64,000 bases of DNA, taken from NCBI GenBank assembly GCA_018816345.1, contig JAHIWG010000110.1, positions 22,399 through 86,398 on the forward strand, in the 5' to 3' direction. Both the position numbers and the translations under genes were made by a program. This DNA comes from Spirochaetota bacterium (GTDB lineage: Bacteria; Spirochaetota; Spirochaetia; Treponematales; UBA12059). Below are positions 55,140 through 64,000 of this stretch, piece by piece; the stretch's first letter is position 1; every line of letters starts with the position of its first letter. A model generated the notes under the pieces. It had not been told where the DNA came from. It saw nothing but the letters and a program-made list of their open reading frames with translations, and ran no database searches.

Positions 55140-55426
55140 AGCGGAGAGAGCCCCATGGACGGGGAGAATCGCATGCTGGATGCGCGGTTGCTACAAGCGC
55201 AGGACCGCAAGGGGGGCCGGGGGATCTGCCCCCGGCGAGGGGGCAGGCCGAGACCCCGCAGTCGCGAAGCGACGAGGAGGCTCAGCCGAGGGGGTGCGAC
55301 GCGAGCAGTGCGCAGCGTCGCAGGGGGTCCGGGGGGGTATCCCCCCGGAGAGGGGGTAGCGTAGAAGCGTCCGGCGTAATCGCCGGACCTTCGGAGCGAG
55401 GGGGAGACCTCCCCCCCTCCCCTTCC
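55140..55426. repeat. ~290-bp GC-rich multi-hairpin element (MITE/REP-like or structured RNA)
   Basis: At least seven local inverted repeats, e.g. GCCGGGGG/CCCCCGGC, GTCGC-GAA-GCGAC, TGCGACGC/GCGTCGCA, TCCGGGGGG/CCCCCCGGA, GTCCGGCG/CGCCGGAC. Confidence 0.55.
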
Positions 55427-55434
55427 TAAACGGT

Positions 55435-56775
55435 CTACTTCTTCGGGTGCGCTATCAGGTCGGCCAGGTACGGCTTCTTCTGGAGGTCCTTGACGAGGCC
55501 GGCGGCGCGCTGCTTGTTGACGTAGTCGAAGCGCTGGAAGTCGTAGGCGTAGTTGGTATGGATGTCGTAGGTGCCGTTCATCAGGGCGAAGGCGTCCTCC
55601 GTCATCACGAGCTCCTCGTCGGTGGGTATGACGTAGACCTTGACGGGGCTGTCCGGCGCGCTTATCTCGAGCTCGGCGTTGCGGCACTTCGCCTTGGCGT
55701 TGCGGTCCGGGTCGACCTTGATGCCCATGCCCTCGAGGCCGAGGGTGGACAGGTGGCGGGTGACGGGCCCCATCTCCCCGACGCCGGCGGTGAACACCAG
55801 GGCGTCCACGCGGCCGAGGGCGGCGTAATACGCGCCTATGTACTTCTTGATGCGGTAGCCCTCGAGCTCCTGGGCCACGATGGCTATCTTGTCCCCGGCC
55901 TCGGCGGCGTTCTCTATGTCGCGCCTGTCCGACCAGCGGCCGGTGATGCCCAGTACGCCGGATTCCTTATTGAGCGCCTTCTCGACGTCGGCGGGCGAAA
56001 GGCCGCCCTTCTTCATCATGTGGAAGACGATGCCTGGGTCGACGTCGCCGGAGCGGGTGCCCATCACGAGGCCCTCGAGGGGGGTCATGCCCATGGAGGT
56101 GTCGAAGGAGCAGCCGTCCTTGACGGCGTTGATGGACGAGCCGTTGCCGATATGGGCGATGATGACGTTGGAGGCGAAGGGGTCCTTGCCCAGGAGGACG
56201 GAAGCGCGCTTGGCGGTGTAGAGGAAGCTGGTGCCGTGGAAGCCGTAGCGGCGGACCATGTGCTTCTCCTGCCACTCGTGGGGCAGGGCGTAGGTGTAGC
56301 TGGTGCTGGGCATGGTCTGGTGCCAGGCGGTATCCATGACGGCGCAGTGGGGCACGTTAGGGAGGACGGCCTTGGCGGCCTCGATGCCGGTGATGTTGGC
56401 GGGGTTATGGAGCGGGGCCAGGTCTATGAGGTCCTTGAAGGTGGCCAGGGACTCGTCGGTTATCAGGACCGATCGGGCGAACTTCATGCCGCCGTGGACG
56501 ACCCGGTGTCCGACGGCGCCTATCTCGGCCATGGACTTCACGACGCCGTGGGACGGGTCGGTGATTGTCTTGAGTATGAGCTCGACTGCTACGACGTGGT
56601 TGGGGCACTCGTGCTCGATGCCCACGTCGGCGACGCCGGGGGCCTTGTGGTTGATGATCGAGCCTTCCTGGCCGACGCGCTCGACGATGCCGGAGGCGAG
56701 GACGTTCTTCTGGTCCCAATCGTAGACCTGATACTTGACGGACGAGCTGCCGCAGTTGAGGGTTAGTATGACCAT
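55435..56775 (-). CDS. ackA: Acetate kinase
   Basis: LNCGSSSVKY, GHRVVHGG, LAPLHNP, RRYGFHGTS, TPLEGL.MGTRSGD, FTAGVGE, IPTDEE. Confidence 0.97.
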   Translation of the reverse strand: MVILTLNCGSSSVKYQVYDWDQKNVLASGIVERVGQEGSIINHKAPGVADVGIEHECPNHVVAVELILKTITDPSHGVVKSMAEIGAVGHRVVHGGMKFARSVLITDESLATFKDLIDLAPLHNPANITGIEAAKAVLPNVPHCAVMDTAWHQTMPSTSYTYALPHEWQEKHMVRRYGFHGTSFLYTAKRASVLLGKDPFASNVIIAHIGNGSSINAVKDGCSFDTSMGMTPLEGLVMGTRSGDVDPGIVFHMMKKGGLSPADVEKALNKESGVLGITGRWSDRRDIENAAEAGDKIAIVAQELEGYRIKKYIGAYYAALGRVDALVFTAGVGEMGPVTRHLSTLGLEGMGIKVDPDRNAKAKCRNAELEISAPDSPVKVYVIPTDEELVMTEDAFALMNGTYDIHTNYAYDFQRFDYVNKQRAAGLVKDLQKKPYLADLIAHPKK

Positions 56776-56832
56776 GGGGATTCTCCTTGACGAGGTTATA
56801 GCCTTAACAATACCAGAGCTGGGCCGGCGGGT

Positions 56833-57990
56833 CTAGCTGGACAGCATCACCTGGAGTATCTGCAGCACGGGCAGGATGATGCACACGATGATGAACACGA
56901 CGTCGAGTATGAGCATGGTACGCTCGCTGCGCTCCACCTTGACGATCTCGTAGATATGCGTCAGGGCGTCCAGGCGGCGCTCCACCGATCGGGTCCAGCC
57001 CGAGGTGTTGAAGATGCCGCAGATATGCTCGTACACGGTGCCTAGGAAATAGTCGCCGATTATCTTGGCGCTATTCTCCAGGTTCTCGAGTATGAAGAGG
57101 GCGTCGAGGCGCAGGGCCTGGACGTTGCCGAATTTCCTGCGGAGCGCGCCCGCCTTGAGGGGCTTGGTCTTGCCCTTGCCCTTCTTGGCGAAGGCGGTGA
57201 CGACGTCCTCGGCCTCGTCGAGCCACTTATCGAGGAGCTTATCGAGGGAGCGCAGCTCGAGGTACTGGTAATTGGCGAGCTCGCAGATCAGGAGCACGTC
57301 CTCGTAGTCGCGGTCGGCGTCGACGATGATGCAACGGTCCATGTCGAATACGGCGAGGTCCCGCTCGCTGTACGAGAAGGGGTTGCTCATCGCCTTGCGA
57401 ACCTGGGACTCGTGGAGAGGATAGGCCCAGGGCTCCCCCGCGAGCAGGGTCGTGAGGCCGCGATCGTTATCGCTGAGGAACCGGGCCGGATCGCAGCCGA
57501 CGTCGGCGAAGCAGAACGCCAGGTAGGTCTCCGACTCGGGCTCGCGCCTCGGACTCCTGACCGCCGGCAGGACCTGCTCCAGCACCGCCTTGTATCGCTC
57601 GTCGATGTAGGAATCTATGTCGCGTATGGTATACGTGATGGGCTTGGCCTCGATGCCGTGGAGCGCCTCGATCGTGGCGCTCACCTTGAGCCTGACGATT
57701 ATGGACATGACGCCCTCGTCATAGAGCCTGGCGGAGGCGGCGAAGCCCTCGATGGACTCCTCGCTATAGATCCTCTTGAGGCCGGAGCGCAGGTCGACGC
57801 ATAGGGGCGCCGGCATGGTCAGCGAGGTCGGGGTGTCGCGGCGGCGCTGGATGCGCATGCCCGGCACTCCCGGCAACAGGTCCGCCGCCTGCTTGAGGTC
57901 GATGGAGCGGCCGATATCGTACAGCGCCAGCCGCACTATCTCGACGGCGTAGACGCCTTCGTCGGGACCGCCGGCCGCCGGATCGCTCAT
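56833..57990 (-). CDS. Hypothetical protein with C-terminal TM segment (RMD1/DUF155-like)
   Basis: YDIGRSIDL, ELAN.Q.LELR.LD..LD, coiled coil and terminal hydrophobic helix; coupled to the upstream gene. Confidence 0.7.
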   Translation of the reverse strand: MSDPAAGGPDEGVYAVEIVRLALYDIGRSIDLKQAADLLPGVPGMRIQRRRDTPTSLTMPAPLCVDLRSGLKRIYSEESIEGFAASARLYDEGVMSIIVRLKVSATIEALHGIEAKPITYTIRDIDSYIDERYKAVLEQVLPAVRSPRREPESETYLAFCFADVGCDPARFLSDNDRGLTTLLAGEPWAYPLHESQVRKAMSNPFSYSERDLAVFDMDRCIIVDADRDYEDVLLICELANYQYLELRSLDKLLDKWLDEAEDVVTAFAKKGKGKTKPLKAGALRRKFGNVQALRLDALFILENLENSAKIIGDYFLGTVYEHICGIFNTSGWTRSVERRLDALTHIYEIVKVERSERTMLILDVVFIIVCIILPVLQILQVMLSS

Positions 57991-58997
57991 CTGCCCGCCT
58001 CCACGCGGGCGACGACCTTATTGAGCACCTGGAGCACCAGCACGCTGCCCTCAGGCAGGGCGTACGGCATCGTGAACGAGCGGCCCGAGTGGTCCACCGA
58101 TATGAGCGGGACGCGCGCGCCGGTCGGCGGCTCCGCGTACAGCACGGTCCGGAGCGGGTACGGGTACTCGGGCAGAGGCTGGGAGAACAGGCCGACGACG
58201 ACGCCCTCGGAGGCGGCCGGGGCCCCGAACACTATGGAGACGGGATTGGAAGGGTCCTCCAGCGTCCCGGGCACGGGGAGCTGGGCGACTACGGTCCCCG
58301 GCCTCTCGCGGCCCTCGACGGGGCGCATCGCGAACTGGAACGCGACGCCCGACTTCTCTATCTGCAGGGCGGCGTCCTGCAGCGACAGCCCGACGAGGTC
58401 CGGGACCTTCACCTTGGCCTTCTCCGGGCCGCGCGATACGACGAAGGTCAGCTGGGTCGGGCCGGAAAGGTCGACGTTGGGGGCAGGGTCCTGCTCGAGT
58501 ATGGTTCCGGCCGGGCTCTGGTCGTAGACGAAGACGGGCGGCTCCTTGACGGTAATGAGCTGGCGGGTGGAGCCGAAGACGGTCTGCAGGTGGATCTTGA
58601 CCTCGTCTACCGTCTGGCCCACGTAATCGCCGACCTTCTCCTGGGCGGCTCCCCTCGAGACGACGAGGGCAATCCTTCGCCCGGCCTTGACGATGGCGCC
58701 GGGAAGGGGGTCCTGCTCCAGTATCCTGCCGCGGGTCTCGGGCTCGCTGGAGAAGCGTAGCGATATGCGGGGATAGAGCTCCTTCTCCTGGAGCTTCACG
58801 AGGGCGGCCGACAGCTCCATGTCGACGACGTTGGGGACGAGGGTCTGCTCGTCGCCGCGGAGGGCCAGGAAGAAGGCGATGAGGCCTGAGAGGCCCATGA
58901 GCACGACGAGGGACGCGAGCGAGGCTATCGCGACGCGATAGTGACGGGGATCGAGCCCGTCGAGCTTCTTGAAGTTGAAGAAAGAGCGAAGATCCAT
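57987..58997 (-). CDS. PASTA domain-containing protein
   Basis: TM segment followed by repeated VP.VV/VPDLVG...G.ILEQDP.P...VVSRG units. Confidence 0.9.
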   Translation of the reverse strand: MDLRSFFNFKKLDGLDPRHYRVAIASLASLVVLMGLSGLIAFFLALRGDEQTLVPNVVDMELSAALVKLQEKELYPRISLRFSSEPETRGRILEQDPLPGAIVKAGRRIALVVSRGAAQEKVGDYVGQTVDEVKIHLQTVFGSTRQLITVKEPPVFVYDQSPAGTILEQDPAPNVDLSGPTQLTFVVSRGPEKAKVKVPDLVGLSLQDAALQIEKSGVAFQFAMRPVEGRERPGTVVAQLPVPGTLEDPSNPVSIVFGAPAASEGVVVGLFSQPLPEYPYPLRTVLYAEPPTGARVPLISVDHSGRSFTMPYALPEGSVLVLQVLNKVVARVEAGR

Positions 58998-59034
58998 GCG
59001 TGGCTCCCGTGCGAGTGAATCGGCCGGAGAGCGG

Positions 59035-59985
59035 TCAGGACGCGCCTAGGCGAGCACCGACCAGGCCCCGAGCGCCGTTCGCGAAGTCCTTGAAGTCCAT
59101 GGGTCTCTTTCCGCGAAGCTGAAGGCGCGCGAGGGCGATAAGGCCCTCTCCCGTTTGTACCATTATACCTTTGGACTTGTCTACAGAGACGACCGTCCCG
59201 GCCCCGGTCCCGCTCGCGGTTCCGAGGCCGTCGCCGGGGTACGGCCGGGCCGCCAATACCGAGAGCCGCTCCCCGGCGAAGTACGTGAAGGCTCCCGGCC
59301 ACGGATGATAGGCCCGCACCCTGGCGTCTATATCGAGGGCCGGGGCGCTCCAGTCGACGAGCCCCTCTTCCTTGGTCAGGGCGGCGCAGTACGTGGCCGC
59401 GGACTCGTCCTGAGGCTCCCCGCTATCCGTTCCCGCGGCTATGGAGGCGATCGCCTCCACGAGGAGCTCGGCGCCTATCGCCGCCGAGAGCGCCGACAGG
59501 CTCTCGGTGGTCTCCGAGCCGTCCAGGGCTATCTCGCGCCGCGCCAGCACGTCCCCGGAGTCCATCCTCGGAGCCACGCGCTGCACGCTGACGCCGGTCG
59601 TCCCGTCGCGGTTGAGGATCGCGTACGGAATAGGCGCGCAGCCCCTCCAGCGCGGCAGGAGCGACGGATGGGCGTTGAGCCCGCCGAGCGGGAACAGGGC
59701 CATGAACTTGGGCCCGAAGATGCGGCCGTAGGCGAACACGACGAGGAGCTCGGGGGCCAGGGCGGCGACCGCCTCTCGCTCCGCCGGGCCGAGCCGCTCC
59801 GGGGAGAGGACGGGAATCCCGAGCCGCTCGGCGGCGAGCGCCACGGGCGTCGGGGACAGGCCGAGCCCCCTGCCCTTGGGCGACGGGGGGTTAGTAAGGA
59901 CCGCGACGACCTCGTGGCCGGCGGCGACGACCGCCTCGAGCGAGGGCAGCGCTATTTCCGGGCTGCCGGCGAATAGCACGCGCAC
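59035..59985 (-). CDS. fmt: Methionyl-tRNA formyltransferase
   Basis: VLFAGSPE.A, VFAYG.I, NAHPSLLPRWRG.AP, MDSGD, PWPGA. Confidence 0.96.
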   Translation of the reverse strand: MRVLFAGSPEIALPSLEAVVAAGHEVVAVLTNPPSPKGRGLGLSPTPVALAAERLGIPVLSPERLGPAEREAVAALAPELLVVFAYGRIFGPKFMALFPLGGLNAHPSLLPRWRGCAPIPYAILNRDGTTGVSVQRVAPRMDSGDVLARREIALDGSETTESLSALSAAIGAELLVEAIASIAAGTDSGEPQDESAATYCAALTKEEGLVDWSAPALDIDARVRAYHPWPGAFTYFAGERLSVLAARPYPGDGLGTASGTGAGTVVSVDKSKGIMVQTGEGLIALARLQLRGKRPMDFKDFANGARGLVGARLGAS

Positions 59986-59990
59986 GGGGG

Positions 59991-60479
59991 CTAGGCCCTC
60001 ATCCGCTTCTCGTACTGCTTGAGGAGACGGTCGCGGCTCCGCTCCGGGAGCCTGTCGGTGAACAGAACGCCGTCCAGGTGGTCGAGCTCGTGCTGTATCA
60101 CGCGCGCGAGGAACCCATCGGCGCCTAGCACGAAGCGCCGGCCGCGCTCGTTCCAGGCCTGGACCCGGATAAGGGCCGGCCGGTCCAGGTCGGCGTAGAC
60201 GCCGGGTATGGAAAGGCAGCCCTCCTCGAAGGTGGAGAGCTCCACGCTCGTCTCGACTATCTCCGGGTTGATGAAGACGCGCGGCTTGTCGCCGTCTATT
60301 TGCATGACGAAGATCCGCTGAGCCACGCCGACCTGGGGACCGGCCAAGCCGACGCCCTTGCCTAGCTTCATGGTCTCGAACATCTTCTCGACCAGGGCGT
60401 TGAGCTCGTCGTCGAATTTCTCTATAGGCGCGGCCTTACCGCGTAGCACGTCGGCGCCTATCGTGAATATGTCTAGCAT
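59991..60479 (-). CDS. def: Peptide deformylase
   Basis: GVGLAGPQVG, EGCLS, QHELDHLDG. Confidence 0.97.
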   Translation of the reverse strand: MLDIFTIGADVLRGKAAPIEKFDDELNALVEKMFETMKLGKGVGLAGPQVGVAQRIFVMQIDGDKPRVFINPEIVETSVELSTFEEGCLSIPGVYADLDRPALIRVQAWNERGRRFVLGADGFLARVIQHELDHLDGVLFTDRLPERSRDRLLKQYEKRMRA

Positions 60480-60564
60480 CTATCCTTCTCTCCTACGTTT
60501 TAATATATCGCTAATAACGGGGCTCGGCGACGCCTCCGCCCATGGCGCGCCCTCCGGCGCGCCC

Positions 60565-61152
60565 CTACTCGAGCGCCCGGGCGACGGCGGACAGGTCGAA
60601 TCGGTCGCCGGGCCCTAAGCCGACGCGTCCGAACCAGCCGAGCGGCGCCTCGAGCGCGTAACGCACGTATCGCTCGCTCTCCACCGGCGCGAGGGACAGG
60701 GGCTCCATGTCGAGGATCTCCTTGATGGTGCCGTCGGCCCCGATATACGCGATCGACAGCGGGATAAGGGTGTTCTTCATCCAGAACGCCAGTCGACGAT
60801 CCTCGGCGTAGACGAACAGCATGCCGCGGCCGTCGGCGAGCTCGGTCCGGTGCATGAGGCCCGTCTCCTGCTCCGAGGGGCCTACGGCCAGCTCAGCCAG
60901 GATCTCAACCCGGCCGCTACGGAGAACCGCCGTCTTTAGGCCGGACTGCGGCCGGCCCGGCTCCCGCCGCTGCGACACGGCCGCCGGGGCGCCGCCCGGG
61001 ACGCCCCGGACGACCGAGCCGCCGGGGACGCACGACGCGAGCGCCGGGAACGACGCGCCGATGGCTACGGCCGCTATAGCGGACAGGAGCCGGCGCGGCT
61101 TCGGGGCGAGAGGGCTACGGGGCGTCGTCTTCAAGGCAACCTCCAAGGGCAT
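60565..61152 (-). CDS. DUF192 domain protein (possible lipoprotein)
   Basis: GLM.R..L....GMLFV, FWMKNT.IPLSIAYI, YALE...GWF. Confidence 0.88.
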   Translation of the reverse strand: MPLEVALKTTPRSPLAPKPRRLLSAIAAVAIGASFPALASCVPGGSVVRGVPGGAPAAVSQRREPGRPQSGLKTAVLRSGRVEILAELAVGPSEQETGLMHRTELADGRGMLFVYAEDRRLAFWMKNTLIPLSIAYIGADGTIKEILDMEPLSLAPVESERYVRYALEAPLGWFGRVGLGPGDRFDLSAVARALE

Positions 61153-61215
61153 TAGGCGCGAGCATAGACCGGAAGGCCGATTCCGGGCAAGCGTCGGCGC
61201 CCATGCCGCGGGACG

Positions 61216-61587
61216 CTACTTCTTATGCGCCGAGCGGTATTCCATCTCGCGCCGGCTCAGGACGAGCACGACGCCGAGCCCTTCCTCGTTCTGGAGGTCC
61301 TCGAGCTCGGCCATGGTGCCTACGAGCTCCATCTCGAGCTCGTCCCGCCTCCGGCCCACGAGCGTACCGTAGTAGTTGGCTATCTCGGGTTGTACCGGCC
61401 CGTCGAACACGTGCCGAAGGTACGCCTCGTCCTTGGCCTCGAGGAGTATATCCTTGGCCGAGACGGCGCAGAACGAGCGCTCCTCGCCGAAGTCGTACGA
61501 TACCTTAACCGAGCGGGAACCCCTGATATAGAAGTACTTGAGCACTTCCTCGGCCACGCGCATTAGCTGGGCCGCGTCAGACTTCAT
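61216..61587 (-). CDS. Hypothetical protein, partner of the DUF1576 gene
   Basis: 123-aa ORF overlapping the DUF1576 stop; QPEI..YYG.L.G....ELELVG.M. Confidence 0.7.
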   Translation of the reverse strand: MKSDAAQLMRVAEEVLKYFYIRGSRSVKVSYDFGEERSFCAVSAKDILLEAKDEAYLRHVFDGPVQPEIANYYGTLVGRRRDELEMELVGTMAELEDLQNEEGLGVVLVLSRREMEYRSAHKK

Positions 61588-62869
61588 GTCTCCTCCATTC
61601 GCGTAGCCACTCGAGCACGGGCAGGAACAGCCCGGCCGTCAGTCCGCCGGCGAAGCCGTTGTTATATAAATTGAGGCCGCCGTGCAGAGTCCCGACGACC
61701 TGGACCAGCACGAGGTGCGTCATGCCGGCCGCGAAGCCCGCGACGGGCCCGTACTCGCCGGAGACGGGCGCCAGGGTGCTGGCGAACAGCACCGCGAGCT
61801 GGCTGGCCGGCTTATCGATGCCGTAGTTGGAGACGACGGCCATGGCCGCCGCGCCGAGCATCGGCGGCAGGACGTTACGCGGATGCTTGCCGAAGGCCGA
61901 GAAGCCGACGATGGTCAGGACGCCGCCTATGACCGGGCCGTTCCAGGAGCCGCCGATCGCCAGCACGACGCCGCTCGCCAGGAGCCCCATGACGCCCATG
62001 TTGACGAAGGTCGCGCCGAGCCCGTAGTAGCGCACGAAATCGCTGACGAGGCGCCCAGGCGACGACAGGATCCTTCGGTAGGCGGCGGGCCAGCGGGGAT
62101 CAAGGATCATGCCGGCAATAATGAGCGCCGCGAAGAAGGCCGCGAGGTACGGCAGGACGGGTAGCGGCCCGAGCACGGCCCAATGGAAGCCGCCAGCCAG
62201 GGGGACGCCGAACGCGCTGAGGCCCGACATGGCGACCGTGCCTATGAGGCCGGCCGCGAAGCCGATGTTGTAGAGGTTATAGCCGCGGTGGAAATCGAGC
62301 GCGTGCCTGGCGATGGGCGAGATGAGGAACCCGGCCACGGCGCCGACGGCTACGGCTACGGCCACGTTCCACGGGGCCTGGATGCCGAGCCCGAAGGCGA
62401 CCTCGCTGGAGAGCGGCGCCAGCGCGGTGCCGAACAGGGCCACGATGATATTCTCGCCGAAGGGCCGACGGCTCGCGATCGAATAGAGCCACGCGCCGAA
62501 GATGCCGGGCCAGATGTTGACGATATTCTTGCCGAACAGCGAGAAGCCCGCGATCGTGAAGACGGCCGCGATGACCGGTCCGGAGACCGCCACGCGGGAC
62601 AGCCGTATGATGCAGATAGCGACGAACACGCAGAGCGCCGAATTGACGAACGCGGGCCCCATGCCCGCGATGCTCGCGTAATCGTTTATCAGGATGTCCG
62701 GGCTGACGATCACGGCTCCCAGGCCGCGCGCGATCGTCAAGAGATCGAACCTCGACGCCGCCAGGCCGAAGGCCAGCAGGAAGCCGAGGAAGCCGAAGAG
62801 CGCCGCGCGCGCGTGCCGCGATTCCATCTCGAAATCGTTCGGCGGTGGTTCGTACGGTATGTATGTCAT
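61577..62869 (-). CDS. DUF1576 family polytopic membrane protein
   Basis: Internal duplication: GFS.FGK, FGTALAP/FASTLAP, H.G.NLYN.GF.AG twice. Confidence 0.85.
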   Translation of the reverse strand: MTYIPYEPPPNDFEMESRHARAALFGFLGFLLAFGLAASRFDLLTIARGLGAVIVSPDILINDYASIAGMGPAFVNSALCVFVAICIIRLSRVAVSGPVIAAVFTIAGFSLFGKNIVNIWPGIFGAWLYSIASRRPFGENIIVALFGTALAPLSSEVAFGLGIQAPWNVAVAVAVGAVAGFLISPIARHALDFHRGYNLYNIGFAAGLIGTVAMSGLSAFGVPLAGGFHWAVLGPLPVLPYLAAFFAALIIAGMILDPRWPAAYRRILSSPGRLVSDFVRYYGLGATFVNMGVMGLLASGVVLAIGGSWNGPVIGGVLTIVGFSAFGKHPRNVLPPMLGAAAMAVVSNYGIDKPASQLAVLFASTLAPVSGEYGPVAGFAAGMTHLVLVQVVGTLHGGLNLYNNGFAGGLTAGLFLPVLEWLREWRRHEV

Positions 62870-62877
62870 CGCGGCGT

Positions 62878-62985
62878 ATTCTTGACGAATCCGCCCCTGC
62901 CGTCAAGGACTAAAACGGCGGAAAAGCGCCGCCGAGTAGCGCGGCCAGCTTTTCCTTGACAGCGTCCATGAGACGCCGTGATACT
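62878..62985. promoter_or_regulatory. Divergent sigma70-type promoters
   Basis: Minus strand: TTGACG(62901-62906)-17 nt-AAGAAT-8 nt-ATG. Plus strand: TTGACA(62956-62961)-18 nt-GATACT-9 nt-ATG. Confidence 0.55.
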
Positions 62986-62994
62986 GATTCGTAC

Positions 62995-63345
62995 ATGAAG
63001 CTGCTCGTTTTCGTCTTGAACAAGGAAGAGTTCCTCGAGGAAGTGCTCGAAGCCTACGTGGAGGCGGGCATCCCGGGGGCGACCATCCTCGATTCCGAGG
63101 GGCTCGGATACTTCCTCGCCTACGAGGTGCCGCTATTCGCGGGCTTCAAGGAATTCATGAAGGGAAACAAGCCGTATAATAAGACGATACTTTCGGTCGT
63201 CAAGGACGAGAAAGCGGTCGGCAGGCTCGTCCCTATTCTGGACGAGGTGGTCGGCGGGCTCCAGAATCCCGGGACCGGCGTGATATTCACGCTCCCCATC
63301 GAATGGGGCTACGGGTTCGCCCGCCTGGACGACGATGAGGAGTAG
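62995..63345 (+). CDS. P-II-like (GlnB superfamily) protein
   Basis: MKLLVFVLN......VL......GI.GATILDSEG.G, ...PGTGVIFTLP, a PII-like fold pattern. Confidence 0.7.
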   Translation: MKLLVFVLNKEEFLEEVLEAYVEAGIPGATILDSEGLGYFLAYEVPLFAGFKEFMKGNKPYNKTILSVVKDEKAVGRLVPILDEVVGGLQNPGTGVIFTLPIEWGYGFARLDDDEE

Positions 63346-63350
63346 GCCGC

Positions 63351-63803
63351 ATGGCTAGCTATAGGAACGTGCTCAGGGACGGCCTCGCCGCCGTCGGGAT
63401 AGCCGCGAAGGACAAGGCGGGCGCGCTCGAGGCGGCCGCGGGCCTCCTCGCCGCGGGCGCAGGGCTGGATAAGGGGCGGCTCCTCGTCGCCGTCGCCGCG
63501 CGAGAGAAGCTCTCGTCCACGGGCATAGGAGAAGGCGTCGCCATCCCCCACGCCCTGATGGAGGGCGTGGCGGCGACGACCATGGCCGTCGCCAGGCTCG
63601 CGGAACCGGTCGACTTCGACGCGGAGGACGGCGGCCCCGTAGACCTCGTATTCATGATAGCAGGCCCGCGATCCGATACGGGAGGGCACCTGAAGCTTCT
63701 CTCCAAGCTGGCGCGCACCCTGCACGACCCCGAGTTCAGGAAGGCCGCGAGGGAGGCTCCGGACGGGCCGGCCCTCGCCAGGCTCATCTACGACAGGGAC
63801 TAG
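63351..63803 (+). CDS. PTS EIIA (fructose/Ntr-type) protein
   Basis: RE.LSSTGIG.GVAIPHA with the phospho-His, DF.A.DG.PVDLVF, HL.LLS.LAR.L. Confidence 0.92.
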   Translation: MASYRNVLRDGLAAVGIAAKDKAGALEAAAGLLAAGAGLDKGRLLVAVAAREKLSSTGIGEGVAIPHALMEGVAATTMAVARLAEPVDFDAEDGGPVDLVFMIAGPRSDTGGHLKLLSKLARTLHDPEFRKAAREAPDGPALARLIYDRD

Positions 63804-63808
63804 CCGGC

Positions 63809-64000
63809 GTGCGTCCCAGGAGTCTCTGGAAGCTGATACGGGTCGCGGCCACGTTCGCCGTGCTCGCCGTCCTCTGGCTCCTCTTCTCGGGCAGCCTCGA
63901 GCCGGCGGCGATATTCGCCGGGCTATGCTGCTCCCTGCTCATCGCGTCTATCTCGTACGACTCGTTCATAGAGGAGCACGAGGCGGCGAGGAACTCGATA
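63809..64000 (+). CDS. mnhE: Na+/H+ antiporter subunit E (MnhE/MrpE), N-terminal part (runs off the window end)
   Basis: Not in the ORF track. GTG 63809 gives MRPRSLWKLIRVAATFAVLAVLWLLFSGSLEPAAIFAGLCCSLLIA..., the MnhE 'WLL.SG' start. Confidence 0.7.
   Translation, partial: MRPRSLWKLIRVAATFAVLAVLWLLFSGSLEPAAIFAGLCCSLLIASISYDSFIEEHEAARNSI

Noticed and set aside
55140-55200. Group II intron domain V
   Set aside because: GAGCC is present, but the DV helix pattern, DVI and a reverse transcriptase ORF are absent.
54946-55359. 137-aa ORF (also 54227-54421 and 55155-55364)
   Set aside because: No SD or motif, atypical composition, and it runs through the hairpin element.

Overview
A 64-kb chromosomal segment of a high-GC spirochaete. 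The taxon call rests on a P83/100-family protein, a fused PyrBI, a spirochaete-type CheY and a Borrelia-like bS22. Most genes lie on the minus strand. Housekeeping genes include pyrBI, rlmD, rpmB, ffh, lipA/lplA, lspA, ackA, fmt and def. I saw no rRNA, tRNA, CRISPR array, transposase or phage gene. The main finding is at about 1.5-8 kb: a phlA-phlC-phlB-like acyltransferase cassette in the Pseudomonas gene order, followed by an MFS transporter. It has no phlD, its PhlC active site is altered, and SCP2, SDR and an unknown Cys-motif gene lie upstream. This is a candidate undescribed aromatic (de)acylation pathway. Other notable items: a PfkB-unknown-PfkB-HK-RR operon, a sugar ABC/amidohydrolase/ArgH-like lyase/ROK kinase catabolic operon, a probable pyrE-type attenuator before pyrBI, many apparently leaderless genes, a ~290-bp multi-hairpin element beside an AT-richer non-coding island, and a PII-like/EIIA/MrpE operon start. 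All family calls come from motif recognition by eye; no searches were run.
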